Assembly: GCF_000026545.1 (NCBI RefSeq)
Contig: NC_011601.1
Length of the DNA stretch: 64,000 nucleotides
Direction: 5' to 3' (one strand)
From: Escherichia coli O127:H6 str. E2348/69
GTDB lineage: Bacteria; Pseudomonadota; Gammaproteobacteria; Enterobacterales; Enterobacteriaceae
In this document: piece by piece, positions 48,417 through 62,436 of the stretch
Numbering within the stretch: position 1 is the stretch's first letter
Layout of the letters: the number at the start of each line of letters is the position of its first letter
Notes under the pieces: generated by a model
Seen by the model: only the letters and a program-made list of their open reading frames with translations
Database searches by the model: none
Told to the model about the DNA's origin: nothing
Program-made: the position numbers and the translations under genes

Positions 48417-49502
48417 TTACTGCACGCGCGCCAGCGCCACGGCTTGTCCTAACTGCCAGACCGCCATTGCGTAATGGGTGCTGTGGTTATAACGGGTAAT
48501 GGTGTAGAAGTTCGGCAGACCGTACCAGTACTGGTAACCGGTACCGACATCCAGACGCAGCAGGCTGGCTTGTTGATGGTTGCCCAGCGGCTGCTGTGGC
48601 GTTAAACCTGCCGCGGCAAGCTGCGAAATGCTGTACCTGGTTTTGAAGCCATTTGGCAAGCCTGGCGCCTGACCGTTTGCCATTACCGCGACCTGATCGC
48701 CTTTCACCCAGCCGTGCGCTTTGAAATAATTCGCCACGCTACCGATCGCATCAACCGGATCCCACAGGTTGATATGCCCGTCGCCGCTGAAATCTACCGC
48801 ATATTGTTTGTAAGACGACGGCATAAACTGTCCGTAGCCCATCGCCCCGGCAAAGGAACCTTTCAGATTGAGCGGATCGTCCTGCTCGTCGCGCGCCATC
48901 AGCAGGAAGGTTTCCAGCTCGCCAGAAAAATACTCCGCGCGGCGTGGGTAGTTAAATGACAGCGTTGCCAGCGCATCGAGGATGCGAGTTTTCCCCATCA
49001 CGCGCCCCCAGCGGGTTTCAACGCCGATAATCCCGACGATAATTTCCGGCGGTACACCATACACCTGCCACGCGCGATTCAACGCATCTTCATACTGATT
49101 CCAGAAAACCACACCGTTCTGCACGTTGTCCGGCGTAATAAATTTTTTGCGATAACGCAGCCATGCGCCGTTCGGACCTGATGGCGGTTTCACCGATGTG
49201 GTTGGTGCCTGGTTATCCATCAGCCGCAGTACCGAATCCAGACGTTTCGCCTGGGAGAGAATTTCCTGCAACTGCTGACGATCGAAACCGTGTTTGTTCA
49301 CCATTTTGTCGATGAACTGCTGGGCATTCGGGTTATTGGCGAAGTCACCGCCCATCTGCATCACATTGTGCTGCGGCTCAAGCAGGAAGCCGCCAGACGG
49401 CGTTCCGGTGGTCGTTTCAGTCTCAGTAGGTTTTGGCTTGCTGCTACAGGCGGCAAGCAACACAAAAAGGGGAAGCAATGTTACATAACGACGCTTGAAC
49501 AT
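48417..49502 (-). CDS. mltB: Membrane-bound lytic murein transglycosylase B
   Basis: Start MFKRRYVTLLPLFVLLAACSS (lipoprotein signal); the ORF-track start at 49562 is an upstream extension. Confidence 0.95.
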   Translation of the reverse strand: MFKRRYVTLLPLFVLLAACSSKPKPTETETTTGTPSGGFLLEPQHNVMQMGGDFANNPNAQQFIDKMVNKHGFDRQQLQEILSQAKRLDSVLRLMDNQAPTTSVKPPSGPNGAWLRYRKKFITPDNVQNGVVFWNQYEDALNRAWQVYGVPPEIIVGIIGVETRWGRVMGKTRILDALATLSFNYPRRAEYFSGELETFLLMARDEQDDPLNLKGSFAGAMGYGQFMPSSYKQYAVDFSGDGHINLWDPVDAIGSVANYFKAHGWVKGDQVAVMANGQAPGLPNGFKTRYSISQLAAAGLTPQQPLGNHQQASLLRLDVGTGYQYWYGLPNFYTITRYNHSTHYAMAVWQLGQAVALARVQ

Positions 49503-49755
49503 GAGGGGTCCATTTAACAGATTCAACCAGGGGCAAGTATGGTAAAGCATCCCCTGCCGCACAAGGAAGCGGTTGTCTGTTTTCAGTGCTCTGTTTCTCT
49601 CTAGTATCTTCTTTCAGTTCATATTTTTTCTTAAAGAATGTTGTAACTAAATTTACATCAGTTGTTTCACCAGCCATGGCATTGGATAATGAGCGTTCAA
49701 TCTGGCTACCAATCCCTGGCTGGAATAAATAAATGGACCTTAACCGGAGAGAGCA

Positions 49756-50721
49756 ATGAGTGAAGCACTACTGAACGCGGGACGTCAGACGTTAATGCTG
49801 GAGTTGCAGGAAGCAAGCCATTTACCGGAACGTCTGGGCGATGATTTCGTTCGCGCCGCCAATATCATCCTGCACTGCGAAGGCAAAGTGGTGGTTTCGG
49901 GAATTGGCAAATCGGGCCACATTGGTAAGAAAATCGCCGCAACGCTTGCCAGCACCGGCACACCGGCTTTTTTTGTCCATCCGGCAGAAGCACTGCACGG
50001 CGATCTGGGGATGATTGAAAGCCGCGATGTGATGCTGTTTATCTCTTATTCCGGTGGCGCGAAGGAACTGGATCTCATTATTCCGCGTCTGGAAGACAAA
50101 TCTATCGCTCTGCTGGCAATGACCGGAAAACCGACGTCACCGCTGGGCCTGGCGGCGAAAGCGGTGCTGGATATCTCCGTAGAACGCGAAGCCTGCCCGA
50201 TGCACCTTGCGCCGACCTCCAGCACCGTGAATACCCTGATGATGGGCGACGCGTTGGCGATGGCAGTCATGCAGGCGCGCGGATTTAACGAAGAAGATTT
50301 TGCCCGCTCCCACCCTGCTGGAGCACTGGGCGCTCGCTTGCTGAATAAAGTGCATCATCTGATGCGCCGTGATGACGCTATCCCGCAGGTAGCGTTAACC
50401 GCCAGCGTGATGGATGCGATGCTGGAACTCAGCCGCACCGGTCTGGGGCTGGTGGCGGTATGTGACGCTCAGCAACAGGTACAAGGCGTCTTTACCGACG
50501 GTGATTTACGTCGCTGGCTGGTTGGCGGCGGCGCACTCACCACGCCAGTCAATGAAGCGATGACGGTCGGCGGCACCACGTTGCAATCGCAAAGCCGTGC
50601 CATCGACGCCAAAGAAATCCTGATGAAACGCAAAATCACCGCCGCACCGGTAGTGGATGAAAACGGCAAACTCACCGGCGCAATTAACCTGCAGGATTTC
50701 TATCAGGCCGGGATTATTTAA
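49756..50721 (+). CDS. gutQ: D-arabinose 5-phosphate isomerase GutQ (SIS + CBS domains)
   Basis: 321-aa translation matches recalled GutQ. Confidence 0.93.
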   Translation: MSEALLNAGRQTLMLELQEASHLPERLGDDFVRAANIILHCEGKVVVSGIGKSGHIGKKIAATLASTGTPAFFVHPAEALHGDLGMIESRDVMLFISYSGGAKELDLIIPRLEDKSIALLAMTGKPTSPLGLAAKAVLDISVEREACPMHLAPTSSTVNTLMMGDALAMAVMQARGFNEEDFARSHPAGALGARLLNKVHHLMRRDDAIPQVALTASVMDAMLELSRTGLGLVAVCDAQQQVQGVFTDGDLRRWLVGGGALTTPVNEAMTVGGTTLQSQSRAIDAKEILMKRKITAAPVVDENGKLTGAINLQDFYQAGII

Positions 50722-52232
50722 TCCTTCAGCCCCAGACGTTTCGCCAGCCGATGCAGGTTGGCGACGTCGGTTTCCAGCATCCGCGCACAGGCGGCCCAGT
50801 TGTGATGATTTTGCGCCAGTGCCTGACGAATGGTTTCACGCTGGAACGCTTCTGTCGCTTCACGCAGGTTTTGCTTAACAACGGGCACCGCCGCCACTTC
50901 TGGCGGCGGCAACGTCACCTCAGGAAAAGCAAAATGTTGCGCCTCAAGAATCACTTCATCGCCGCTGCGGGTGGCTCTCGCCAGCACTACCGCCCGATGA
51001 ATAGCATGTTCCAGTTCACGAACGTTCCCCGGAAAATTGTAGTGTTGCAGTAAATTTCGCGCTCCGGCACTTAATACCACGCGGGAGAGCCCCAGCCGCA
51101 AACGACACTGCTCGCAGAAATACCCCGCCAACAGAATGACATCATCGCCCCGCTCACGCAGCGGCGGCACTGAAAGTGGAAACACGCTCAGGCGGTGGAA
51201 CAAGTCAGCGCGAAATCGCCCTGCCAGTACCTCTTCGCGTAAGTCACGATTAGTCGCCGCCAGCACGCGCACATCGACCCGCAAACTGCGGTCATCGCCA
51301 ACGCGTTGAATATCGCCATACTGCAACACCCTCAGCAGCTTGGCCTGCAATGCCAACGACAACTCGCCGATCTCATCGAGAAACAGCGTGCCGTTATCCG
51401 CCATTTCAAACTTCCCGCTGCGGTTACTGATAGCGCCAGTAAACGCTCCTTTCACATGCCCGAACAACTCACTTTCCGCCACACTTTCCGGCAGTGCGGC
51501 ACAGTTGAGATAGACCAGCGGATTCACCGCCCGTGGCGAGGCTTCATGAATCGCTTTCGCCACCAGCTCCTTACCGGTTCCCGTCTCACCGCTAATTAAA
51601 ACGTTGAGATCGGATGCCGCCACAATCTCAATCTCTTTTTTCAATTGCGTCATGCCAGGGGACAAACCAATCATCTGCGTCTGTTTCACCGCTTCAAACG
51701 GCGCGGCATCGCCTGGCAGCATATTCTGGCTTTCCAGTTGTTCAATCAGCAATGCATTGCTTAACGCTCCCGCCGCCAGTGCGGCAATCAGCCGTAGCTC
51801 TTCGTCGCTGAAAACATCGAACTGATCGGGCTGCATCCCGTCGAGCGTCAAGGCACCGATCAGGTTTTGCCCGGCAAACAACGGCAAACCAACGCAGGCG
51901 TGAACCTTCAGACTCTCCTGCCCTGGAATCAAACCGTCATAAGGATCGGGCAATTCGCTGTCTGCGGGAAAGCGCACCACATCACCCGCGCGGGCAATCG
52001 CTTCCAGCCGTGGATGCCCTTCCAGCGCAAAGCGCCTACCGAGTACATCCTTCGCCAGCCCGTCGATGGCAAGCGGAATAAACTGCCGCGAGTCGTAACG
52101 TAGCAACGCAGACGCATCGCACTCCAGCACCTGACGCAGCGTGGTGATCAGGCGCTGAAAACGATCCTGATGACCAATCCCACGCTGCAATTCGATGGCG
52201 ATATTCGCCAGCACATCAACGGAAAAACTCAT
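50718..52232 (-). CDS. norR: Sigma54-dependent NO-responsive activator NorR
   Basis: Start [19 protein letters not shown] + AAA+ (GETGTGKE) + HTH. Confidence 0.95.
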   Translation of the reverse strand: MSFSVDVLANIAIELQRGIGHQDRFQRLITTLRQVLECDASALLRYDSRQFIPLAIDGLAKDVLGRRFALEGHPRLEAIARAGDVVRFPADSELPDPYDGLIPGQESLKVHACVGLPLFAGQNLIGALTLDGMQPDQFDVFSDEELRLIAALAAGALSNALLIEQLESQNMLPGDAAPFEAVKQTQMIGLSPGMTQLKKEIEIVAASDLNVLISGETGTGKELVAKAIHEASPRAVNPLVYLNCAALPESVAESELFGHVKGAFTGAISNRSGKFEMADNGTLFLDEIGELSLALQAKLLRVLQYGDIQRVGDDRSLRVDVRVLAATNRDLREEVLAGRFRADLFHRLSVFPLSVPPLRERGDDVILLAGYFCEQCRLRLGLSRVVLSAGARNLLQHYNFPGNVRELEHAIHRAVVLARATRSGDEVILEAQHFAFPEVTLPPPEVAAVPVVKQNLREATEAFQRETIRQALAQNHHNWAACARMLETDVANLHRLAKRLGLKD

Positions 52233-52244
52233 CTTTACCTCACT

Positions 52245-52300
52245 GTCAATTTGACTATAGATATTGTCATATCGACCATTTGATTGATAGTCATTTTGAC
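52245..52300. promoter_or_regulatory. Three NorR-binding sites (GT-N7-AC) in the norR-norV intergenic region
   Basis: gtcaatttgac (52245..52255), gtcatatcgac (52266..52276), gtcattttgac (52290..52300). Confidence 0.8.
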
Positions 52301-52355
52301 TACTCATTAATGAGCATAATTTTATTTATAGAGTAAAAACAATTAGATAAAAAAC

Positions 52356-52371
52356 TGGCACGCAATCTGCA
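52356..52371 (+). promoter_or_regulatory. Sigma54 (-24/-12) promoter of norVW
   Basis: TGGCACgcaatcTGCA about 50 bp upstream of the norV start. Confidence 0.8.
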
Positions 52372-52418
52372 ATCAGCAAGACATCTTTTTAGAACACGCT
52401 GAATAAATTGAGGTTGCT

Positions 52419-53858
52419 ATGTCTATTGTGGTGAAAAATAACATTCATTGGGTTGGTCAACGTGACTGGGAAGTGCGTGATTTTCACGGTACAGAATATA
52501 AAACGCTGCGCGGCAGCAGCTACAACAGCTACCTCATCCGCGAAGAAAAAAACGTGCTGATCGACACCGTCGACCATAAATTCAGCCGCGAATTTGTGCA
52601 GAACCTGCGTAATGAAATCGATCTGGCGGATATCGATTACATCATAATTAACCATGCTGAAGAGGACCACGCCGGGGCGCTGACCGAACTGATGGCACAA
52701 ATTCCCGATACGCCGATCTACTGTACTGCCAACGCTATCGACTCGATAAATGGTCATCACCATCATCCGGAGTGGAATTTTAATGTAGTGAAAACTGGCG
52801 ACACGCTGGATATCGGCAACGGCAAACAACTCATTTTTGTCGAAACGCCAATGCTGCACTGGCCGGACAGCATGATGACTTACCTGACAGGCGACGCGGT
52901 GCTGTTCAGTAACGATGCTTTCGGTCAGCACTACTGCGACGAGCATCTGTTCAACGATGAAGTGGATCAGACTGAGCTTTTCGAGCAGTGCCAGCGTTAC
53001 TACGCCAATATCCTGACGCCGTTCAGCCGCCTGGTAACGCCGAAAATTACCGAGATCCTGGGCTTTAACTTGCCAGTCGATATGATAGCGACCTCTCACG
53101 GCGTGGTATGGCGCGATAACCCGACGCAAATTGTCGAGCTGTACCTGAAATGGGCGGCGGATTATCAGGAAGACAGAATCACCATTTTCTACGACACCAT
53201 GTCGAATAACACCCGCATGATGGCTGACGCTATCGCCCAGGGGATTGCGGAAACCGACCCACGCGTGGCGGTGAAAATTTTCAACGTCGCCCGAAGCGAT
53301 AAAAACGAAATCCTGACCAATGTCTTCCGCTCAAAAGGCGTACTGGTCGGCACTTCTACGATGAATAATGTGATGATGCCGAAAATCGCCGGGCTGGTGG
53401 AGGAGATGACCGGATTACGCTTCCGTAACAAACGCGCCAGCGCTTTCGGCTCTCACGGCTGGAGCGGCGGTGCGGTGGATCGTCTTTCCACGCGCCTGCA
53501 GGATGCGGGTTTCGAAATGTCGCTTAGCCTGAAAGCCAAATGGCGACCAGACCAGGACGCTCTGGAGTTATGTCGTGAACACGGTCGCGAAATCGCCCGT
53601 CAGTGGGCGCTCGCGCCGCTGCCGCAGAGCACGGTGAATACGGTGGTTAAAGAAGAAACCTCTGCCGCCACGACGGCTGACCTCGGCCCACGGATGCAAT
53701 GCAGCGTCTGCCAGTGGATTTACGATCCGGCAAAAGGCGAGCCAATGCAGGACGTTGCGCCAGGAACGCCGTGGAGTGAAGTCCCGGATAACTTCCTGTG
53801 CCCGGAATGCTCTCTCGGCAAAGACGTCTTTGACGAACTGGCATCGGAGGCAAAATGA
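52419..53858 (+). CDS. norV: Anaerobic NO reductase flavorubredoxin
   Basis: 479 aa; metallo-beta-lactamase + flavodoxin + C-terminal rubredoxin (CSVCQW..CPEC). Confidence 0.96.
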   Translation: MSIVVKNNIHWVGQRDWEVRDFHGTEYKTLRGSSYNSYLIREEKNVLIDTVDHKFSREFVQNLRNEIDLADIDYIIINHAEEDHAGALTELMAQIPDTPIYCTANAIDSINGHHHHPEWNFNVVKTGDTLDIGNGKQLIFVETPMLHWPDSMMTYLTGDAVLFSNDAFGQHYCDEHLFNDEVDQTELFEQCQRYYANILTPFSRLVTPKITEILGFNLPVDMIATSHGVVWRDNPTQIVELYLKWAADYQEDRITIFYDTMSNNTRMMADAIAQGIAETDPRVAVKIFNVARSDKNEILTNVFRSKGVLVGTSTMNNVMMPKIAGLVEEMTGLRFRNKRASAFGSHGWSGGAVDRLSTRLQDAGFEMSLSLKAKWRPDQDALELCREHGREIARQWALAPLPQSTVNTVVKEETSAATTADLGPRMQCSVCQWIYDPAKGEPMQDVAPGTPWSEVPDNFLCPECSLGKDVFDELASEAK

Positions 53859-54988
53859 GCAACGGCATTGTGATCATTGGTTCGGGCTTCGCCGCCCGCC
53901 AACTGGTGAAAAATATTCGCAAACAGGACGCCAGTATTCCATTAACTCTGATTGCCGCCGACAGCATGGATGAGTACAACAAACCTGACCTCAGCCATGT
54001 TATCAGTCAGGGGCAACGTGCCGACGACCTTACCCGCCAGACGGCAGGTGAATTTGCCGAGCAGTTTAATCTGCGCCTGTTTCCGCACACCTGGGTAACG
54101 GATATCGATGCCGAAGCCCATGTGGTGAAAAGTCAGAATAATCAGTGGCAATACGACAAGTTAGTGCTGGCAACCGGAGCCAGCGCCTTTGTCCCGCCAG
54201 TGCCTGGGCGTGAGTTAATGCTGACATTAAATAGTCAGCAAGAGTATCGCGCCTGTGAAACGCAACTGCGGGATGCCCGACGCGTGTTGATTGTTGGCGG
54301 TGGCTTGATTGGTAGCGAGCTGGCGATGGATTTTTGTCGGGCAGGCAAAATGGTTACGCTAATCGACAACGCTGCCAGTATTCTGGCGTCGTTAATGCCA
54401 CCGGAAGTAAGCAGCCGCTTACAGCATCGGTTGACGGAGATGGGCGTTCATCTGCTGTTAAAATCTCAGTTGCAGGGGCTGGAAAAAACGAATTCTGGCA
54501 TTCTGGCAACGCTGGACCGCCAGCGTAGCATCGAAGTGGATACGGTAATTGCCGCCACCGGACTGCGCCCGGAAACCGCCCTGGCACGACGCGCCGGGCT
54601 GACGATTAATCGCGGCGTTTGCGTCGATAGTTATCTGCAAACCAGTAATGCCGATATTTATGCGCTGGGCGATTGCGCGGAAATTAACGGTCAGGTATTG
54701 CCGTTCCTCCAGCCGATTCAACTTAGCGCGATGGTGCTGGCAAAAAATCTTCTCGGCAATAACACGCCGCTGAAACTCCCGGCGATGCTGGTGAAAATCA
54801 AAACGCCGGAATTACCGCTGCATCTGGCAGGCGAAACCCAGCGTCAGGATTTACGCTGGCAAATTAATACCGAACGCCAGGGAATGGTGGCGCGCGGTGT
54901 TGATGATGCCGACCAGCTTCGCGCCTTTGTGGTCAGTGAGGATCGGATGAAAGAGGCATTTGGATTGTTGAAAACGTTGTCGATGTAG
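53855..54988 (+). CDS. norW: NADH:flavorubredoxin reductase
   Basis: 377-aa FAD/NAD-binding protein overlapping the norV stop. Confidence 0.95.
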   Translation: MSNGIVIIGSGFAARQLVKNIRKQDASIPLTLIAADSMDEYNKPDLSHVISQGQRADDLTRQTAGEFAEQFNLRLFPHTWVTDIDAEAHVVKSQNNQWQYDKLVLATGASAFVPPVPGRELMLTLNSQQEYRACETQLRDARRVLIVGGGLIGSELAMDFCRAGKMVTLIDNAASILASLMPPEVSSRLQHRLTEMGVHLLLKSQLQGLEKTNSGILATLDRQRSIEVDTVIAATGLRPETALARRAGLTINRGVCVDSYLQTSNADIYALGDCAEINGQVLPFLQPIQLSAMVLAKNLLGNNTPLKLPAMLVKIKTPELPLHLAGETQRQDLRWQINTERQGMVARGVDDADQLRAFVVSEDRMKEAFGLLKTLSM

Positions 54989-54994
54989 GCGAGC

Positions 54995-55121
<127 letters not shown>

Positions 55122-55163
55122 TGAACTGCACCCCAAATGTTGGACATAATCTGACATCTGAAG

Positions 55164-55694
55164 GTGCAGTTTATGAAACATTCATTTGAAGTAAAACTTG
55201 CCGCTGTAAATCATTACCTGGCTGGTCATGCAGGCATCATTTCTACGGCAAAACTCTTTCAACTTTCTCACACCAGCCTCTCACACTGGATTAATCTTTT
55301 TCTTCTTCACGGTCCTCGGGCACTGGATTGCAGACACAAGCGTAGCTATTCTCCTGAAGATAAACTTTGCGTGGTTCTTTATGCTCTCGGACATTCTGAG
55401 TCTCTACCCCGGGTAGCTGCCCGGTTTAACATTCCCAGCCACAACACGGTTAAAAACTGGATAAAAGGCTACCGCAAATCTGGTAATGAGGCCTTTATCA
55501 GGCGCAGGAAGGAGAAAAGCATGACCCGTTCTGATGATACCCATGAAAACGAGGCAAACATGACGCCGGAAGAGATGAAGAATGAGCTGCGTTATCTTCG
55601 CGCAGAAAATGCATATCTGAAAGCCATGCAGGAGCATCTTCTGGAAAAAAAGCGCCAGGAGCTGGAGAAAAAACGAAAGTCATCCGGAGCCTGA
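55164..55694 (+). CDS. IS3-family (IS150-like) OrfA
   Basis: 176-aa HTH/leucine-zipper protein; ends at an A_AAA_AAG slippery motif (55651..55659). Confidence 0.8.
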   Translation: MQFMKHSFEVKLAAVNHYLAGHAGIISTAKLFQLSHTSLSHWINLFLLHGPRALDCRHKRSYSPEDKLCVVLYALGHSESLPRVAARFNIPSHNTVKNWIKGYRKSGNEAFIRRRKEKSMTRSDDTHENEANMTPEEMKNELRYLRAENAYLKAMQEHLLEKKRQELEKKRKSSGA

Positions 55695-56126
55695 GGTACG
55701 GACACTGCCAGTCTGACCTGTTAAAGGCCGCAGGGCTGGCCAGAAGCACGCTGTACTACCAGCTGTCACTGCAGAAGGCTAAGGACAAGTATGCTGATGT
55801 GAAACAGCTCATAGCCTCCATCTTCCATGAACACCGGGGATGTTATGGGTACCGGCGGATCCATTGTGAGCTTCAGAAAAGAGGTCTTAAGTTCAGTGGC
55901 AAAACGGTGCGAAAACTGATGCAACAGCTCGGCCTGAAGTCTCCTGTGCGCCTGAAGAAATACCGGTCTTACCGGGGAAATATGGGACTCGCTGCAGAAA
56001 ATATCCTTCAGCGGCAGTTCAAAGCGGAAGCTCCCTGTGAGAAATGGGTGACAGATATCACCGAATTCAGGGCTGGCGGACAAAAACTGTACCTGTCCCC
56101 GATACTTGATTTGTTTAACGGGGAAA
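55650..56126 (+). pseudogene. Element A orfB, N-terminal fragment (through ..WVTDITEF..LYLSPILDLFNGE)
   Basis: IS3 DDE transposase N-terminal region truncated at the insertion of element B. Confidence 0.65.
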
Positions 56127-59096
<2,970 letters not shown>

Positions 59097-59135
59097 TACG
59101 CCGCATCCGGCAATGGTGTCCAAATGCAGCACGTT

Positions 59136-61388
59136 TTATCCGTTCTGGACTTCCCCTGCCAACCAACGCGCCGCAACAATAACCCCCTGCCCCAGAGACA
59201 ACCCGCCGTCACCCGCCGGTAAACTCTGTGGAAAGAGCAATGTGAAATCAGCGAGATAATGCGCCAGACGTGCACGCAGCAAACGGTTATGAATAACCCC
59301 GCCGCTAAATACCAGCGTAGTGATACCACGCATCGTGGCCTGCTCACGCATCAACGCAGCAAAACCCTGCGCCAGCGCATCATGAAACGCCCACGCGCGT
59401 TGATTAACCGGAGCCTGCCAGTTCAGCCACTGCTGCCAGAAAGTGGCGAGATCCAGTTGATTATCCACCAGCGGCATCGTCACCGGATGCGTCACTCCCT
59501 GGCTCGAAGCCGCCAGCGCCTCGAGAGCACAAGCCGCTTCACCTTCATAACTTAACGTGGCTGGCGCACAGCCCAGCGCCGCCGCTACGGCATCGAACAA
59601 ACGTCCACACGATGATGCCATCGGCGCGTTAATTCCACGCTCAATAGCCCGCGCCAGCACGCTCCAGTTTTGCTGTTGCACTCTTGCCGTTTCAGAGTAA
59701 TTCTGCCACTCCGGCACAAAGCGCAGGCACTGCGCCAGCAGGTTTCGCCACGGCTGCTTCGCAGCCAAATCGCCCCCCGGAAGCGCCACCGCAGGCAAGC
59801 CGCCCAGGTGCTGGCATTCACGATAGTTCACCCGCAAGCACTCGCCGCCCCACAAAGCGCCGTTCTCCCCCATACCAATACCGTCGAGCGTCAACGCAAT
59901 GACATCTCCGCCATCCAGAGGCCAGAGGTGTTCTGCCAGACACGCCGCTGCGTGGGCATGATGATGCAGTACCGTTTGCGTCGGCAGATTCATTTCGCGC
60001 GCCCACTGGCTGGAGACATAGCCCGGATGCGCGTCATGCACAACGTATTGCGGAGTGAAATCGTAGATGTTTTGCATCAGGCGTAACGCTTCGCGCCACT
60101 GCATCTGGATGCCATCGTCACTTAAATCGCCCAGATGCTGACTCAACACCGCTTGTTCGCCGCGCACCAGGCAGAAGGTATTTTTCAGATCCGCGCCGAG
60201 ACACAGCACAGGCGGAACATTTTTAAAGCCCGGAGGCAAAGCCAGCGCATCCGGCACATACCCCCGCGAACGGCGCAGCATTTCGCCGCTTTCGCGCACC
60301 ACCGAATCATCCATCCGCTGCACGATGTCGCGGTTATGTATCAAGAATCCGTCGGCAATGCCCTGCAAATCCGCCAGCGCCTGTTCGTTGCTGATAGCCG
60401 GTGGTTTACCGCTCAGGTTGCCGGAGGTCATCACCAGCGGGCATTGCAGTTCCTGTAACAGCAAATGCTGGAGCGGGTTCGCAGGCAACATTACCCCGAC
60501 TTCGTTAAGGCCAGGGGCGATATCATCACAAAGCTCAGGAACGTATTTTTTATCCACCAGCACAATCGGCGCGGCGGGCGTGGTAAGCAACTGACGGGCA
60601 GCGTCTGGTAAACCTTCTGCCGTTGGCAACATGACCGCCAGCGGTTTCGCCGGGCGATGTTTGCGCGCCCGAAGTGTCGCCACCGCGTTACTGTTACGTG
60701 CATCGCAGGCAAGATGAAATCCGCCAATCCCTTTGATGGCGACAATGTTGCCCATTTTTAACTGTGCGATAGCTGCCTGTAATGCCGCCTCTTGTTCTGC
60801 ATGTTCACCATGACTTACCCATTCAAGATGGGGGCCACACTCCGGGCAGGCCACCGGCTGGGCGTGGAAGCGACGATCGAGCGGGTCACAGTACTCTTTG
60901 TCACAAGCCGGACACAGCGGAAACGCCGCCATCACGGTAAACGGGCGGTCGTAAGGCATGGCGCGAATAATGGTGAAACGCGGGCCACAGTGGGTACAGT
61001 TGATAAACGGATAACGCCAGCGTCGTTCGCCTGGGGTATTCATTTCGGCAAGGCAAGCAGGGCAAGTCGCGGCATCGGGAACAATTTGCGTATTCATGAC
61101 GCCACCCGCGCTCTGGCGGATGGTGAACTCAGTGGGCAGTTGTGACCAGATAAACGGCTCACGCTCGACGCTATCAATACGCGCCAGTGGCGGGCAGTGC
61201 TGATGCAATTGAACAAGAAACGTTTCCGGATCTTCCAGCAGCCGGACTTCTACGCCATCGCCGTCATTACAGACATCGCCGTGAAGATTTAATTACTGTG
61301 CCAGTTGCCAGACAAACGGACGAAAACCGACGCCCTGCACTTTGCCACGAATACGCAGTTGGACACCGCAAGATGTGTTTTTTGCCAT
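59136..61388 (-). pseudogene. hypF: Carbamoyltransferase HypF with premature stop at codon 32 (CAA to TAA)
   Basis: Minus strand reads [35 protein letters not shown](61293..61295)[16 protein letters not shown].. then continues in frame as full-length HypF; the ORF-track 690-aa ORF starts at an internal Met. Confidence 0.85.
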
Positions 61389-61540
61389 TGAGTTATTCCC
61401 GCCATCATGAATTGCGTAACCCGCCCAGCCGGACACGACAGCGTCGCATCCGGCAGTCACAGGTCGGCGATACTGCCCGCTTCGTATTCTACGAATATTT
61501 CCGGGAATTCCTTTGATACCAGAACAGTTCTGTAAGATTT

Positions 61541-62068
61541 TTAGAACATCAGCGCCGTGCGGCGGCGTTTTTCTGCGCTCAGTTGTTCAAGTTTATTACG
61601 ATCGACACAAATCAGCGCATGGGTCGGGCAAGCCGCCATACACGCCGGGCCGTCTTCACGATGGTTGCACAGGTCGCATTTATTGGCTTCGGCTTTGTCA
61701 GCCCGTACATTCAGTCCTGCGCCGCTGTTGCGAATCACCGGACGCACCACCACTTCCATCGCACCATACGGGCAAGCCACAACGCAGGTTTTGCAACCAA
61801 TACAACGTTCCTGCATGACATGAACAAACCCTTTATCACGGCTGATAGCACCATTCGGGCAGACGTTAGCGCACGGTGCATCTTCACACTGACGGCAAAC
61901 TGTCGCCGTGGAAATGTTCACACCTTTAATGACATGGATACGCGGTAAAAATGTTTCCGGGGTCAGCGATGCACAGTCCTGATTTTCCTGATGAGAAACC
62001 ACGCACGCCACTTCACAGGTACGGCAACCAATACATTTACTCGCGTCAGCAATGATGAAACGGTTCAT
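61541..62068 (-). CDS. hydN: Electron-transport ferredoxin-like protein HydN (4x[4Fe-4S])
   Basis: Start [22 protein letters not shown]; multiple CxxCxxCxxxCP motifs. Confidence 0.93.
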
Positions 62069-62410
62069 CAAATTCTCCAGCAATAACAGTTAATGCGCCG
62101 ATACATTCACAAATCATGCCAGTTTTTAATTTACTGTTATTTAAGGAAATTAAATTCTGTAATGCAGGAAAAACGATGTCATCGACACTAGTGACGATGA
62201 CATGTGATGACAGTATTTATCGTTGCCAGTCCACATCTGGGTACTTTTTTCCGACAAGTCGTTCTGGTGGTATAAAAAAGTAATTGCCAGTAACGGGGAG
62301 GATTTAAGGGAAGCAACCGTGCCGGATACGGCGTGAACAATGACCACTTTGTCAGCTATCCATATGATTGTATTTTGAGGTTCATCGCAGATTAGCGATG
62401 AACCTTTATT

Positions 62411-62436
62411 GTGCACAGAAAACCCCCAGCTAGGCT
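62411..62436. mobile_element. IS200-like terminal hairpin fragment (left half), split by IS50-like copy 2; other half at 63987..64000
   Basis: gtgcacagaaaacccccagctaggct + [IS] + agctaggctggggg reconstitutes the same hairpin seen in the IS200-like element at 38466..38496 (reverse complement). Confidence 0.55.

Noticed and set aside
52389-53129. 246-aa minus-strand ORF
   Set aside because: Antisense to norV; no independent support.
62150-62416. 88-aa minus-strand ORF upstream of hydN as a remnant of ascG
   Set aside because: No LacI-family HTH or other recognisable similarity; low-complexity AT-rich sequence abutting the IS200-like hairpin; probably non-coding.
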